This document shows positions 50,300 to 60,466 of a stretch of DNA of 64,000 nucleotides, piece by piece. A model generated the notes under the pieces. It was given only the letters and a program-made list of their open reading frames with translations, was not told the DNA's origin and searched no databases. Location: NCBI GenBank assembly GCA_963664225.1, contig OY760937.1, positions 224,001 through 288,000 on the forward strand. Reading direction: 5' to 3'. This DNA comes from Verrucomicrobiia bacterium (lineage in GTDB: Bacteria > Verrucomicrobiota > Verrucomicrobiia > Limisphaerales > UBA1319). How positions within the stretch are numbered: the first letter of the stretch is position 1; each line of letters begins with the position of its first letter. A program made the position numbers and the translations under genes.

Positions 50300-50330
50300 G
50301 TAAGATTATCCTACGCGATGATTTGGTCAA
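50300..50330 (-). promoter_or_regulatory. TA operon promoter with an overlapping palindromic operator
   Basis: TTGACC-N16-TAATCT on the minus strand; the imperfect palindrome GTAAGAT-T-ATCCTAC (50300-50314) covers the -10. Confidence 0.6.
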
Positions 50331-50402
50331 GATCAGGAGCGTTGGCCGCCAACCTGGCGGTTCACGCGCGATCGCACCCATCCTTCCCCAACAGGGAGGC
50401 TG

Positions 50403-50978
50403 TCATGGTGAAGCGGGTTTCGAGGGAGTGAACACCAGGGAGGCGGAATTGAGGCAATACCGCAGGCCGGTGGGTTTGGGGCCGTCATCGAAAACGTGGC
50501 CCAGATGGGCATCGCACCGGGCGCAGAGGACCTCGGTGCGGACCATGCCGAAGCTGAGGTCGGGTTTTGAAAGGACGTTTTCTTTGGCGATGGGAGTGAA
50601 AAAGCTGGGCCAGCCGGTGCCGGAATCAAATTTGGCATCCGCGGAAAAGAGGGGTAACGCGCAGCAGACGCAGGAATAAACGCCGGGTTTCTTGTGGTCA
50701 TAAAACACGCCGCAAAAAGGACGTTCGGTGCCTTTGCCCCGGGCCACCTCATACTGTTCCTTGGTGAGCAATTTTCGCCATTCCGCGTCGGTTTTGATCA
50801 CTTTATCCATGGTCATAAGTTCTGTGGGCTGTCCTTTGTCGTCCAACAGGCGGACGGCGACTTTTCCGGGTTGCGATGGGGCGGAGCTGGTCTCTGAACT
50901 GGCGGAAGTGTGGGTTCCGCAAGCGGCCAGCAGCGCGCAAAGGGCCAAACCGAACATCGTTAACACAGCTTTGTTCAT
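50403..50978 (-). CDS. msrB: Peptide methionine-(R)-sulfoxide reductase with a lipoprotein signal
   Basis: GTERPF, KFDSGTGWPSF, RTEV.C..C..HLGHVFDDGP.PTGLRYC.NS; lipobox LAAC. Confidence 0.95.
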   Translation of the reverse strand: MNKAVLTMFGLALCALLAACGTHTSASSETSSAPSQPGKVAVRLLDDKGQPTELMTMDKVIKTDAEWRKLLTKEQYEVARGKGTERPFCGVFYDHKKPGVYSCVCCALPLFSADAKFDSGTGWPSFFTPIAKENVLSKPDLSFGMVRTEVLCARCDAHLGHVFDDGPKPTGLRYCLNSASLVFTPSKPASP

Positions 50979-51129
50979 CGCGCGTCAATATAGTCCAAAA
51001 CGGGCGTTGTGCCATCCGGTTGTGAGGGTGAGAAGGCGGGTGTTTGGGTTTGCAAAGGTGCGATGGCGGTTTTAAGGTGCGCTGAGATTCACGCAAGGAC
51101 AAAACGGACCGCCGATTTTTTATAAGCCT

Positions 51130-54100
51130 ATGGAAGGAATCGTAATTATCATCCTAATTGTCATCGGTTTGATCATTGGCCTGCCTATCATTGCCATTGT
51201 CAAGGCAGGCCGGGCCGCGCGTCGATTGGAGGAATTGCTGCAACGGCTGGATACGGTGGAGTCGGAATTACGCGTTTTGAAGAGGATGGGTCGTTCTGCA
51301 GAACCGGCTGCGAATGAGGCAAAGGAAAGTGAAAAGGCGTGGGGATCCGTGTTTCCAGAGGCGACCTCACCAGTGCAGAGTCAACCCACTCCTCCAACTG
51401 CTCCAGTGCAGATGGAAACGGTGGAACCTCCCCTTGTTACCATGGAACCGGATCTGCCACCGTTCATCGAGAGCGCCGCAACGGTGTTCGTCAGGCGAGC
51501 CGAGGTCAAGCACAGAGCGCCAGGGCCTTTGATATCACCCATACCCGAAAGAGAGGCCAAGGGGATCACTGCCGGAATCAACTGGGAGCAGTTCATGGGG
51601 GTCAAACTTTTTGCCTGGGTGGGTGGATTGGCCCTGTTTTTGGGGGTTGCGTTTGCGGTGAAGTATTCGTTCGACCAGGGGTTGATCAGCCCGCCGGTGC
51701 GGGTGGCGCTGGGTTTCTTAACGGGGCTGGGGCTGGTGGTGGGTGGGCTGTGCCTGGCGCGGGAACGGTATGCGGTGACGGTTCAGGCGCTGTGCTCGGC
51801 GGGCTTGCTGATTTTGTATTCGAACATTTTTGCGGCTACCTCCTTTTATAAATTGATATCGGGAGGGCTGGCGTTTCCGCTGATGATCCTGGTCACGGTG
51901 ACGGCTTTTCTGCTGGCGGTGCGATTGAATGCGGTGGCGGTGGCCGTCATGGGTCTGGCGGGGGGATTCTTGACGCCACCCCTGCTTTCCGAGGGTAAGA
52001 ACCGTCCTCTAGAACTGTTCACATATGTCGCCATACTCGACCTGGGCCTGATGGCGGTCGCATTCAAAAAACGTTGGAGCTACCTGGCGTTAATGGCGGC
52101 TGCCGGGACGATTGTCATGCAATGCGGGTGGGCGGAAAAGTTTTACAGCGTGCCGGAAATGGGAACCGCCCTGGCGGTTTTTCTGTTCTTTGCGTGGTTG
52201 TTCCCCGCGTTTTTCCTATGGGCCAGACAACGGGAACAGGATGACAAATACCTAATGGCCTCTGCGGTGCTGATGCCCATGGCCATGCTGGTGTTTGCGA
52301 ATGTGCTTCTCATGGATTCGCACCTGGGAGGCGGGCAGGAACCGGTTCTGCTGTTTGGCTGCGTGTTTGCGGCGGACGTTGCGCTGCTCCTGATTGCGTG
52401 GTTCAAGGTGGAACTGCGAAGCATCCATGCGGTGGCGGGCGGGGCGGTTTACTGGCTGCTGGCGGTTTGGACGATGGACTATCTGAAGCCCGAGACATTG
52501 AATCATGCGCTGGCGTTGTATCTGTGTTTTGCGATTCTGCATTCGGTGTTTCCGGTGATGGCTGGGAAATATCGTCCCGCGCCGACGCCAGTCTGGTGGG
52601 CGCATGTGTTCGCTCCGCTGGCTCTGCTCTTGTTTCTGGCGCCAATCTTCAAGCTGGCCGCAGTATCGATGCTGCTGTGGCCGGCGGTGTTGCTGGTGGA
52701 TCTGGTGGCGATCGCGCTGGCGTTTGTCACGGCCTCCGTGCTGGGATTGCTCGCGGTGCTTGTGTTGACGGTTCTGGCCATGGGCTGCTGGGTATTGGAA
52801 GCCCCTGGGGAAATCGGTAACCTATCGGGATACCTTATTGTGGTGGGTGGATTTGGGATTTTCTTTTTTCTGGCGGGAATGTTCGCGGTCAAGAAATCGA
52901 TATTTCCATCAAGCCAGACGGAGGAGGAAAGCGATGCGGGCTCGACGACGATATTTTCCAACAACCGCCTTGCCGAACATATTCCGGCACTTTCGGCCAT
53001 ACTGCCCTTTCTGCTGCTCATGATGGTGGTGGAGCGATTGCCGATTGGCGATCCATCACCGGTGTTTGGTCTGGCGGGTTTGATGATGATTTTGCTCCTG
53101 GGGCTGGCATGGACGGGGAAGGCGGACCTGCTTTGCCTGGTGAGCCTGGTGTGCGTGTGGGGGGTGGAATGCGCATGGCAATTCCGGCGTTTTGACACGG
53201 AGCATGCCCCGATTGCGCTCGGGTGGTATCTGGGTTTTCAAGCGGTTCTGACGCTGTTTCCGTTTATGTTCCAATCCCGGATGAAGGGGCGGGTAATCCC
53301 ATGGATGGCGGCGGCGCTGGCGGGACCGGCACAATTTTTCCTGGTGCATCGTCTGGTGAAGGCGGCGTATCCGAATTCCTACATGGGGCTGCTTCCGGCG
53401 GTCTTTGCCATTCCCGCGCTGGTGTCGCTGGCGCGGGCGGCTGGCGTGGGGGCGGGAGGGGATCAACATCAAAAATCGGTACTGGCGCTGTTCGGGGGCG
53501 TGGCGCTGTTTTTCATCACGCTGATTTTTCCGATTCAATTCGATCGCGAATGGATCACGCTGGGATGGGCGGTGGAAGGGATGGCGCTGTTGTGGTTGCT
53601 GCACCGGATATCCCATGAAGGCCTGAAGTGGGCGGGCGTGGGATTGCTGGCGGTGGCGTTCATCAGGCTGGCGGTCAATCCAAGGGTGCTGGAGTATCAT
53701 TTGCGCTCGGGCACGCCGATTTTCAATTGGTATCTCTACGCGTATGGCGTGACGAGCCTTTGTCTATTCGTGGGGGCAGTTTTGCTTGCGCCGCCGCGAG
53801 ATCAATTGAATGGAATAAAGATGCCGCCGCTTCTGCGGGGGATGGGCACCCTGCTGGCGTTTTGGCTGTTGAACATTGAGATCGCGGATTATTTCAGCGT
53901 TGGAACTTCGACCCGGTTTGATTTCTCCGGCAATTTTGCGCGGGACATGGCTTATTCGCTGGGATGGGCGGTGTTTTCCCTGATACTGCTGGTGGTGGGC
54001 ATCAGCCGACAGACCCGCCCGGCACGCTATGCGGGGATTGGTTTGCTGACTTTCACCATGCTAAAATTGTTTCTGCATGACCTGTGGAGCCTGGGCGGAC

Positions 54101-54216
54101 TATACCGGATCGGATCCTTCATCGGGCTTGCGCTGGTACTGATCGTCGTATCCTTTTTATACCAACGTTATCTTTCGCCGACGGCCGGTGAGAAGCAGCC
54201 GGAGAAGTTACCATGA
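51130..54216 (+). CDS. Large polytopic membrane protein (DUF2339-like)
   Basis: WEQFMGVKLFAWVGG, GGFLTP.LLS, many TM helices, C-terminal KLFL.DL..L..LYRI.SFIGL. Confidence 0.85.
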   Translation: MEGIVIIILIVIGLIIGLPIIAIVKAGRAARRLEELLQRLDTVESELRVLKRMGRSAEPAANEAKESEKAWGSVFPEATSPVQSQPTPPTAPVQMETVEPPLVTMEPDLPPFIESAATVFVRRAEVKHRAPGPLISPIPEREAKGITAGINWEQFMGVKLFAWVGGLALFLGVAFAVKYSFDQGLISPPVRVALGFLTGLGLVVGGLCLARERYAVTVQALCSAGLLILYSNIFAATSFYKLISGGLAFPLMILVTVTAFLLAVRLNAVAVAVMGLAGGFLTPPLLSEGKNRPLELFTYVAILDLGLMAVAFKKRWSYLALMAAAGTIVMQCGWAEKFYSVPEMGTALAVFLFFAWLFPAFFLWARQREQDDKYLMASAVLMPMAMLVFANVLLMDSHLGGGQEPVLLFGCVFAADVALLLIAWFKVELRSIHAVAGGAVYWLLAVWTMDYLKPETLNHALALYLCFAILHSVFPVMAGKYRPAPTPVWWAHVFAPLALLLFLAPIFKLAAVSMLLWPAVLLVDLVAIALAFVTASVLGLLAVLVLTVLAMGCWVLEAPGEIGNLSGYLIVVGGFGIFFFLAGMFAVKKSIFPSSQTEEESDAGSTTIFSNNRLAEHIPALSAILPFLLLMMVVERLPIGDPSPVFGLAGLMMILLLGLAWTGKADLLCLVSLVCVWGVECAWQFRRFDTEHAPIALGWYLGFQAVLTLFPFMFQSRMKGRVIPWMAAALAGPAQFFLVHRLVKAAYPNSYMGLLPAVFAIPALVSLARAAGVGAGGDQHQKSVLALFGGVALFFITLIFPIQFDREWITLGWAVEGMALLWLLHRISHEGLKWAGVGLLAVAFIRLAVNPRVLEYHLRSGTPIFNWYLYAYGVTSLCLFVGAVLLAPPRDQLNGIKMPPLLRGMGTLLAFWLLNIEIADYFSVGTSTRFDFSGNFARDMAYSLGWAVFSLILLVVGISRQTRPARYAGIGLLTFTMLKLFLHDLWSLGGLYRIGSFIGLALVLIVVSFLYQRYLSPTAGEKQPEKLP

Positions 54217-56183
54217 AAAACAAATGGATTGTCGCGACATTGTTCGTTGCCGTGGGCATCGTCGTTTCTGGCGCGCCATTGCCGGAGGCTTGGAAATACG
54301 ATCAAACCGTTGCCATTGGGACGAACGGCTTGATCAAGATCGATGTGCCGCTGGAGACACTCGACCATGCGCGGCCGGCCCTCGAAGATTTGCGCCTGTA
54401 CGATGCCCAGGGGGTGGAGACCCCGTTCCTGATCGAGCGTCCCGTGCAGGTTCCGGCGGTGGTGCAAGCCGCGCGCAATATGCGTGTCACGCTGCGGCCC
54501 GAGGCCACCGTGGTGGTGGTGGAAACCGGTCTCACGCAGGCATTGGACGGACTGATTTTGGAATCGCCCGCGCGGGCATTTATAAAATCGGCCACGCTCG
54601 AGGGATCGCAGGACGGGAAGAACTGGCAGACACTTGCGGATGGGGAACCCATTTTCCGACAGTTCCCTGGCGCAAATAAACTGCACTTGCCAGTGACCGC
54701 CGCAAAGTGGGCCTGGCTGCGTGTGACACTTGACGACAAGCGGTCCCCGCCCATACCCATCACCGGCGCGCGGATTCAGGCGGCGGGTCCTGAACCGGCG
54801 CCCACGCAGCCGATGGCATTACGGGTGACCGAGCGCGAGGACGGCCCGGCACGCACACGGCTTACGGTGCGTGTGGCGGGCGCTCCGGTCGTGCTGGCGG
54901 GCATCACCATTGAAACGCCCGAACCGCTCTTTACGCGGCGCGTGTCACTCTTTCGCCCGAGTGTCGAGGAAAACGAAATTCGTGAAACCGTGCTTGCGGA
55001 AGGCACTGTTTACCGGATGGCCCTGGAAGGGAGGCCCATGGTGTCGGACCTGACCTTCGCGCAGGATGCGGTGGTGCCTGTGAAGGAATTGGTCATGACG
55101 ATTGAGAACGGAGATTCTCCACCGCTGGCGATTACAGCGGTGCGGGCGGCCCGGCGTCCGGTGCTCTTGACGTTCCTGGCGTCGGGACCGGGAGTCTATC
55201 ATTTGTTGAGCGGCAATCCAGATTGCGCGGCGCCGCAATACGATCTGGCGAGCATGCCGCACGATGTTTCCGGACGCTGGGTGCCTTCGCGCGCTGGCGA
55301 GCCTGGCACCAACGCCACCTTCAAGCAGAAGGCTCCGTTGCCGGAGGTTGCGGAATCGGGAGCGGTCCTGGACACCAGCGAGTGGAGTTTCCGCAAACGC
55401 GTTGTGATCGGGCAGGGTGGGGTGCAGCAGCTTGAACTGGATTTGGAGACATTATCTGAGGCGGCCAGGGACTTTGGCGATTTGCGGTTGATCCTTGATG
55501 GCCGCCAGGTTTCCTACCTGATTGAGCGCCCGGTTTTGTCGCGCCGGTTTTCGCCCATTACCGAAAAAGTGATTGATCCCAAAAGGCCATCCGTCAGCCG
55601 CTGGCGGTTGAAATTGCCGCAACAATCTCTGGCCGTTACGCGGCTTCAAGGTCAGACCGAGGCTCCGTTTTTCAAACGCGATGCAGTCCTCTTGCAAGAG
55701 GTGCCGGACGAGCGCGGGAATCTCTACACGGTCCAACGCGGTGCCGCGTCCTGGGTTCGTGTGTTGAATCAAACCAAGACGCCTTTGTCGATGGATATTC
55801 AGGGACCTCTCTCCTCGGACACGGTTTTTCTGGAAATGGAGAATGGGGACAATCCGCCGCTGGAAATGCGCGGTTTTGAAATGGAATATCCCGTGGTGCG
55901 GTTGATATTCAAGGCGACGGGCGAGGGAAATGTTTATTTGTATTACGGCAATCCAAAGGCGCGGCGTCCGCAATATGACATCGATCTGGCCGCGCGCCAG
56001 ATGCTGGCGGAGGTGAAGATCAAGGCGACTCCGGGACCCGCCGAACCATTGCGGGGACACCGCGGCATCGAGCGACTGGGTGGCGCGTCGGGTTGGGTGT
56101 TTTGGGGCGTGCTTGGCCTGGTGGTGATCGGTCTGCTTGTGGTCATCACGCGACTGCTCCCAAAACACATGGGCGATAAATGA
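54213..56183 (+). CDS. DUF3999-like exported protein with a C-terminal TM anchor and an internal duplication
   Basis: Two copies each of DLRL....P/S.LIE, ENGD.PPL and Y..GNP....PQYD; C-terminal FW..L...V..L TM. Confidence 0.75.
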   Translation: MKNKWIVATLFVAVGIVVSGAPLPEAWKYDQTVAIGTNGLIKIDVPLETLDHARPALEDLRLYDAQGVETPFLIERPVQVPAVVQAARNMRVTLRPEATVVVVETGLTQALDGLILESPARAFIKSATLEGSQDGKNWQTLADGEPIFRQFPGANKLHLPVTAAKWAWLRVTLDDKRSPPIPITGARIQAAGPEPAPTQPMALRVTEREDGPARTRLTVRVAGAPVVLAGITIETPEPLFTRRVSLFRPSVEENEIRETVLAEGTVYRMALEGRPMVSDLTFAQDAVVPVKELVMTIENGDSPPLAITAVRAARRPVLLTFLASGPGVYHLLSGNPDCAAPQYDLASMPHDVSGRWVPSRAGEPGTNATFKQKAPLPEVAESGAVLDTSEWSFRKRVVIGQGGVQQLELDLETLSEAARDFGDLRLILDGRQVSYLIERPVLSRRFSPITEKVIDPKRPSVSRWRLKLPQQSLAVTRLQGQTEAPFFKRDAVLLQEVPDERGNLYTVQRGAASWVRVLNQTKTPLSMDIQGPLSSDTVFLEMENGDNPPLEMRGFEMEYPVVRLIFKATGEGNVYLYYGNPKARRPQYDIDLAARQMLAEVKIKATPGPAEPLRGHRGIERLGGASGWVFWGVLGLVVIGLLVVITRLLPKHMGDK

Positions 56184-56207
56184 CGGAAACGGTTGCTCCG
56201 GGCACGG

Positions 56208-57302
56208 TCAGTCCGCGGCCCGCCTGTATTGAATGGGCATCTGGATGGCAGCCTTGTTATGCACAGTGGCGGCGGCTTCGATGGGCCAGTAGGGATTGCG
56301 CAACATTTCGCGCGCGAGCAACACGATGTCGGCCTGGCCGTTGCGAATGATCCCGTCCGCCTGCATGGCGTCGGTGATGAAGCCCACGGCGGCGGTGCGA
56401 ATATTGGCCTGTTTTCGAATGGCTTCCGCGAAAGGCACCTGGAAGCAGGCGCCGAAGGGAATCGCCTTGTATTCGGGAGTGACAAAGGCGGAACTGCAAT
56501 CGATCAGATCGACACCCTCGTTTTTAAGGAGCTTCGAAAATTCAATCGATTCCTCGATGGTCCAGCCGCCCTCGACCCAATCTGTGCAGGAGAGGCGGAT
56601 GGTAAAGGGGAATTTGTCGGGCCAGACCTGGCGCATGAGGCGGGTTGTTTCCAGGGTCATGCGGATTCTGTTTTCGAAGCTCCCACCATAATTATCCTGG
56701 CGCTTGTTGCTCAGCGGGGAATAGAAGCTGTGCAGGAGGTAGCCATGGGCGGCGTGGAGTTCGAGCCATTCGCAACCGGCATGAACGGCGCGCAGGGTGG
56801 CGCCTCGAAACGCCTCCTGAACGGTGTGAATATCGGTAAGGGTCATCTCGCGGGGCGCGCGCGTCAGGTTGTCGCCGAATGGCAGGGCGCTGGGCGCGAT
56901 GGTCTCCCATCCGCCTTCGGCATCCGTGAGGGATCGTCCATTATCCTCCCAGGGACGCGCGGAGCTGGCTTTGCGTCCGGCGTGGGCCAGTTGAATTCCG
57001 GGCACGGCCCCATGTTGTTTCATGAAGCGATTGATGCGGGCCAGCGGCTCAATGTGGGCATCCGACCAAAGGCCCGAATCGCCGGGGGAGATGCGTCCAC
57101 GGGGCTCCACGCCGGTGGCTTCCACGATGACCAGACCCGCGCCGCCCACGGCGCGCGCGCCCAAATGGACGAGATGCCAGTCATTGAGGAGGCCGTTTTC
57201 GCAGGTGTATTGGCACATCGGGGAAACGCCAATGCGGTTGCGCAGGGTAACTCCCCGGATGGTGAGCGGCGAAAAAAGGTGCGGACGATCGTTAGTTTGC
57301 AT
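56208..57302 (-). CDS. namA: Old-yellow-enzyme NADH:flavin oxidoreductase (YqjM/NamA type)
   Basis: NRIGVSPMCQY, GRISP, IQLAHAGRKAS, HAAHGYLLH.F.SP..N.R.D.YGGSFENR, RE.LRNPYW, QY.R. Confidence 0.9.
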   Translation of the reverse strand: MQTNDRPHLFSPLTIRGVTLRNRIGVSPMCQYTCENGLLNDWHLVHLGARAVGGAGLVIVEATGVEPRGRISPGDSGLWSDAHIEPLARINRFMKQHGAVPGIQLAHAGRKASSARPWEDNGRSLTDAEGGWETIAPSALPFGDNLTRAPREMTLTDIHTVQEAFRGATLRAVHAGCEWLELHAAHGYLLHSFYSPLSNKRQDNYGGSFENRIRMTLETTRLMRQVWPDKFPFTIRLSCTDWVEGGWTIEESIEFSKLLKNEGVDLIDCSSAFVTPEYKAIPFGACFQVPFAEAIRKQANIRTAAVGFITDAMQADGIIRNGQADIVLLAREMLRNPYWPIEAAATVHNKAAIQMPIQYRRAAD

Positions 57303-57474
57303 GTTTAAGCCTTATCAAAATTAACCTCAGTCAGAATATTTAATAAATATCGTCCAAGTGGGCTGCGGCGTCCAATGCTACGCGTTATTTGTGGGCAGTT
57401 TTGTCCGTGATGGCAGTCCAGAAAATTGTGTTTTTCATCTTTACGTTATTGGATGAAGATCGAACAATGGCGGC

Positions 57475-60417
57475 ATGAAAATCAATCCCGGGATCCATCC
57501 TCGTGCCGTTGCATGGCTTGTTTGCATTCTTGTTTTCTGGAGTTCGTTGAGTGGCCGGGCCGCGGCGAACAATCCCAATACAGACTGGTTCAAGGAGGCC
57601 AAATACGGGGTGTTCATGCACTTTCTGCCGGGGAGTGCGGCTGATTTGGAAAAGACGGGGAAATTCGATGTTCAGGCGCTGGCCGGGCAATTGGAGACGA
57701 TGGGGGCGAAGTATTTCGTCCTGACCCTGGGGCAGAACTCGGGCTATTTCAACGCGCCCAACGCCGCCTATGACCGGCGCACAGGATACGCGGCGGGCGA
57801 AAGGTGCTCGAAACGCGATCTGCCGCTCGAACTTTATGACGCGCTCCATGCGAAGGGGATTCGCCTGATGCTCTATTTGCCGTGCCAGACGCCCAATGGC
57901 GATGTGCGCGCGCAGAAGGCATTTGGGCTGGCGCAGGGGGCCCAGGATCAGCCGATCGATGCGGCCTTTGCGGAAAAGTGGAGCGAGGTCATCCAGGAAT
58001 GGGCGGATCGTTACGGGGACAAAGTGTCGGGCTGGTGGTTCGATGGGGGCTATGAGTGGGTGAAATTCAACGAGACCATTGCGACGCGCTACGCGGCCGC
58101 GGTCAAGCACGGGAATCCCAACGCCATCGTGACGTTCAATCCGGGCGTCAAGGTTATCCATTACACGGAGGCGGAGGATTACACGGCGGGGGAACTGAAC
58201 GAGCCTTTGGAAGTGATTCCCACGGGACGCTGGCTGGGCGGTTCCCAGTGGCATGCGCTGACCTATGTTGGTGCGAACTGGGGTCAAAGGAACACGCGAT
58301 TCACGGGGGAACAATGGGCGAAGTGGGTGCGGGCGGTGACCGACAAGGGAGGGGTGGTTACCCTGGACATGGGACCGAATTACAATCCGGAGACAGGGGC
58401 GATTGGCGCGCTGGCGAAGGAACAGGTGGCGCAAGTGGCGGCCATCCGGGAAGCGGTACGGGGTGCGGGATCCAAACCGATACCGTCCCCGGCCCGACTG
58501 AAGCGCGCGGCGAGTTTTCTGGGGATTCATTTCGATTTTCACGCCGGGATTGATTGCACGGAGATTGGGAAAAATACCACGCGCGAGATGGTGGAGAGCA
58601 TCATTGACCAAGTGCATCCGGATTATCTCCAGATCGATTGCAAGGGACACCCGGGTTTGACCAGTTATCCGACGCGGGCGGGAAATCAGGCCCCGGGATA
58701 TGTGGGCGATCCGCTGCGAATCTGGCGGGAAGTGACGACCGAACGGGGCGTGGCGCTTTACATGCATTACTCAGGCGTGTGGGATTCCGAGGCGATTCGG
58801 AAGCATCCGGAATGGGCGGTGATCAACGCGGACGGTTCGACCAACGGCAATGCGACCTCGTTCTTTGGGGCGTATGACGATCAACTGCTCATCCCCCAAT
58901 TGCGGGAACTGGCCGGGGACTACGGCGTGGATGGGGCATGGGTGGACGGGGAATGCTGGGCTTCGGCACCGGATTACAGCCCGGCAGCGCTCAAGGCGTT
59001 TCGTGAGAAGACGGGAATCGGTGAGGTTCCCCGCAAGCCCGGCGACGCGCATTGGTTCGAGTTCTTGGAATTCAACCGCGAGGCCTTCCGCAAACATCTG
59101 CGGCACTATGTGACCGAAGTCAAAAAGACCCATCCGGCCATGCAATTGTGCAGCAATTGGGCGTTCACGGACCACATGCCGGAGGGGGTTTCCGCGCCTG
59201 TGGATTGGATTTCCGGGGATTACTCGCCCCAGGACAGTGTCAATTCGGCGCGGTTTTCCGCGCGGTATCTGGCGCGCCAGGGCAAGCCGTGGGATTTGAT
59301 GGCGTGGAGCTTCACAATCGCGGGCGAGAAATTCAACGGATCGAATCAGAAGACGGCGGTGCAATTGAAACGCGAAGCCGCGGCCGTGTTGTCCCTTGGC
59401 GGAGGATTTCAGGCTTATTTCACCCAGCGGCGGGATGGTTCCGTGCGCCTGGAACAAATACCCGTGATGGCGGAGGTGGCGAAGTTCTGCCGGGCGCGGC
59501 AGGCGTTCTGCCAGGGGGCGGTTCCCGTGCCGCAAGTGGCGCTGCTCTACTCGACGGCGTCGCATTACCGGGAAATGAACGGGCTGTTTTCACGGGATTT
59601 GACGAGGCTCCGGGGAACGCTTCAGGCGTTGCTGGAAGGGCAGCAATCGGTGGAGATCGTCAGCGAACATAACCTCACGGGTCGCATGGCGGAATATCCA
59701 CTGATCGTCGTTGCGGAATGCGATTTCCTGGCTCCAGCCTTCAAGGACGAGTTGGTGCGGTATGTGCGCCAGGGCGGCAAACTGCTGGTGGTGGGTGGTG
59801 GAACAGCCAGGATGTTTTCGCAGGAACTGGGAGTGACCCTGGAAGGTTCCGCAGCGCCGGGGTATCTGGAGCATTCCGGGGCGCTCGTTGAAACGAAAGG
59901 TCAGGTGCAAACTGTGAAACTGGCAGAGAAGGCGCAGGCGTTCGGGCGCATGCATGCGACGAACGATCTGAATTCGCCGTTTCAAGCGGCGGCCTCCATC
60001 ACGAAACTTGGCCAGGGACAAATCGCGGCCACCTATTTTAACTTCAGCCAGGGCTATATCGAAAATCGCTCCGAGACGTCGCGGGGGTTTTTGAATGCGC
60101 TGATGCGGGAGTTGTTTCCGAATCCGTTGGTGCAAGTGCAGGGTTCAGCGGATGTGGACGTGTCGGTTAATCGCGTCAAGGGTCGGCTGGCCGTGAATCT
60201 GGTGAACACCGCCGGGCCGCACGCGGACCTCAAAGCGCCAATCCATGAATCGATTCCAGTCGTGGGGCCACTGCAAATAGTGATCCGCCATCCGAATAAA
60301 CCGGCGCATGTGACAATGCAACCGGGCAACCAGGAGTTGCCGTTCGAGTATGGTTCCGGGGAAATTCGTCTGACGGTGCCCAAACTGGAAATCCATGACA
60401 TCATCCTGGTGGATTGA
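57475..60417 (+). CDS. Secreted bimodular glycoside hydrolase: GH29-like fucosidase barrel, second GH151/GHL6-like barrel and GH42-like trimerisation domain
   Basis: WFKEAKYGVFMH...GAKY...RYG..V.GWWFDG; then GIHFDFH, DCKGHPG..SYPT, YGVDG.WVDG; then VALLYS...YV.QGG.L. Confidence 0.75.
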   Translation: MKINPGIHPRAVAWLVCILVFWSSLSGRAAANNPNTDWFKEAKYGVFMHFLPGSAADLEKTGKFDVQALAGQLETMGAKYFVLTLGQNSGYFNAPNAAYDRRTGYAAGERCSKRDLPLELYDALHAKGIRLMLYLPCQTPNGDVRAQKAFGLAQGAQDQPIDAAFAEKWSEVIQEWADRYGDKVSGWWFDGGYEWVKFNETIATRYAAAVKHGNPNAIVTFNPGVKVIHYTEAEDYTAGELNEPLEVIPTGRWLGGSQWHALTYVGANWGQRNTRFTGEQWAKWVRAVTDKGGVVTLDMGPNYNPETGAIGALAKEQVAQVAAIREAVRGAGSKPIPSPARLKRAASFLGIHFDFHAGIDCTEIGKNTTREMVESIIDQVHPDYLQIDCKGHPGLTSYPTRAGNQAPGYVGDPLRIWREVTTERGVALYMHYSGVWDSEAIRKHPEWAVINADGSTNGNATSFFGAYDDQLLIPQLRELAGDYGVDGAWVDGECWASAPDYSPAALKAFREKTGIGEVPRKPGDAHWFEFLEFNREAFRKHLRHYVTEVKKTHPAMQLCSNWAFTDHMPEGVSAPVDWISGDYSPQDSVNSARFSARYLARQGKPWDLMAWSFTIAGEKFNGSNQKTAVQLKREAAAVLSLGGGFQAYFTQRRDGSVRLEQIPVMAEVAKFCRARQAFCQGAVPVPQVALLYSTASHYREMNGLFSRDLTRLRGTLQALLEGQQSVEIVSEHNLTGRMAEYPLIVVAECDFLAPAFKDELVRYVRQGGKLLVVGGGTARMFSQELGVTLEGSAAPGYLEHSGALVETKGQVQTVKLAEKAQAFGRMHATNDLNSPFQAAASITKLGQGQIAATYFNFSQGYIENRSETSRGFLNALMRELFPNPLVQVQGSADVDVSVNRVKGRLAVNLVNTAGPHADLKAPIHESIPVVGPLQIVIRHPNKPAHVTMQPGNQELPFEYGSGEIRLTVPKLEIHDIILVD

Positions 60418-60466
60418 TAATGGCCGCGAAATCCACTATGATCTGAAAGTTAACCAAGAAAAAATT

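Noticed and set aside
56193..58767. 371-aa (+) and 460-aa (-) ORFs
   Set aside because: Antisense to the well-supported namA and glycosidase genes.
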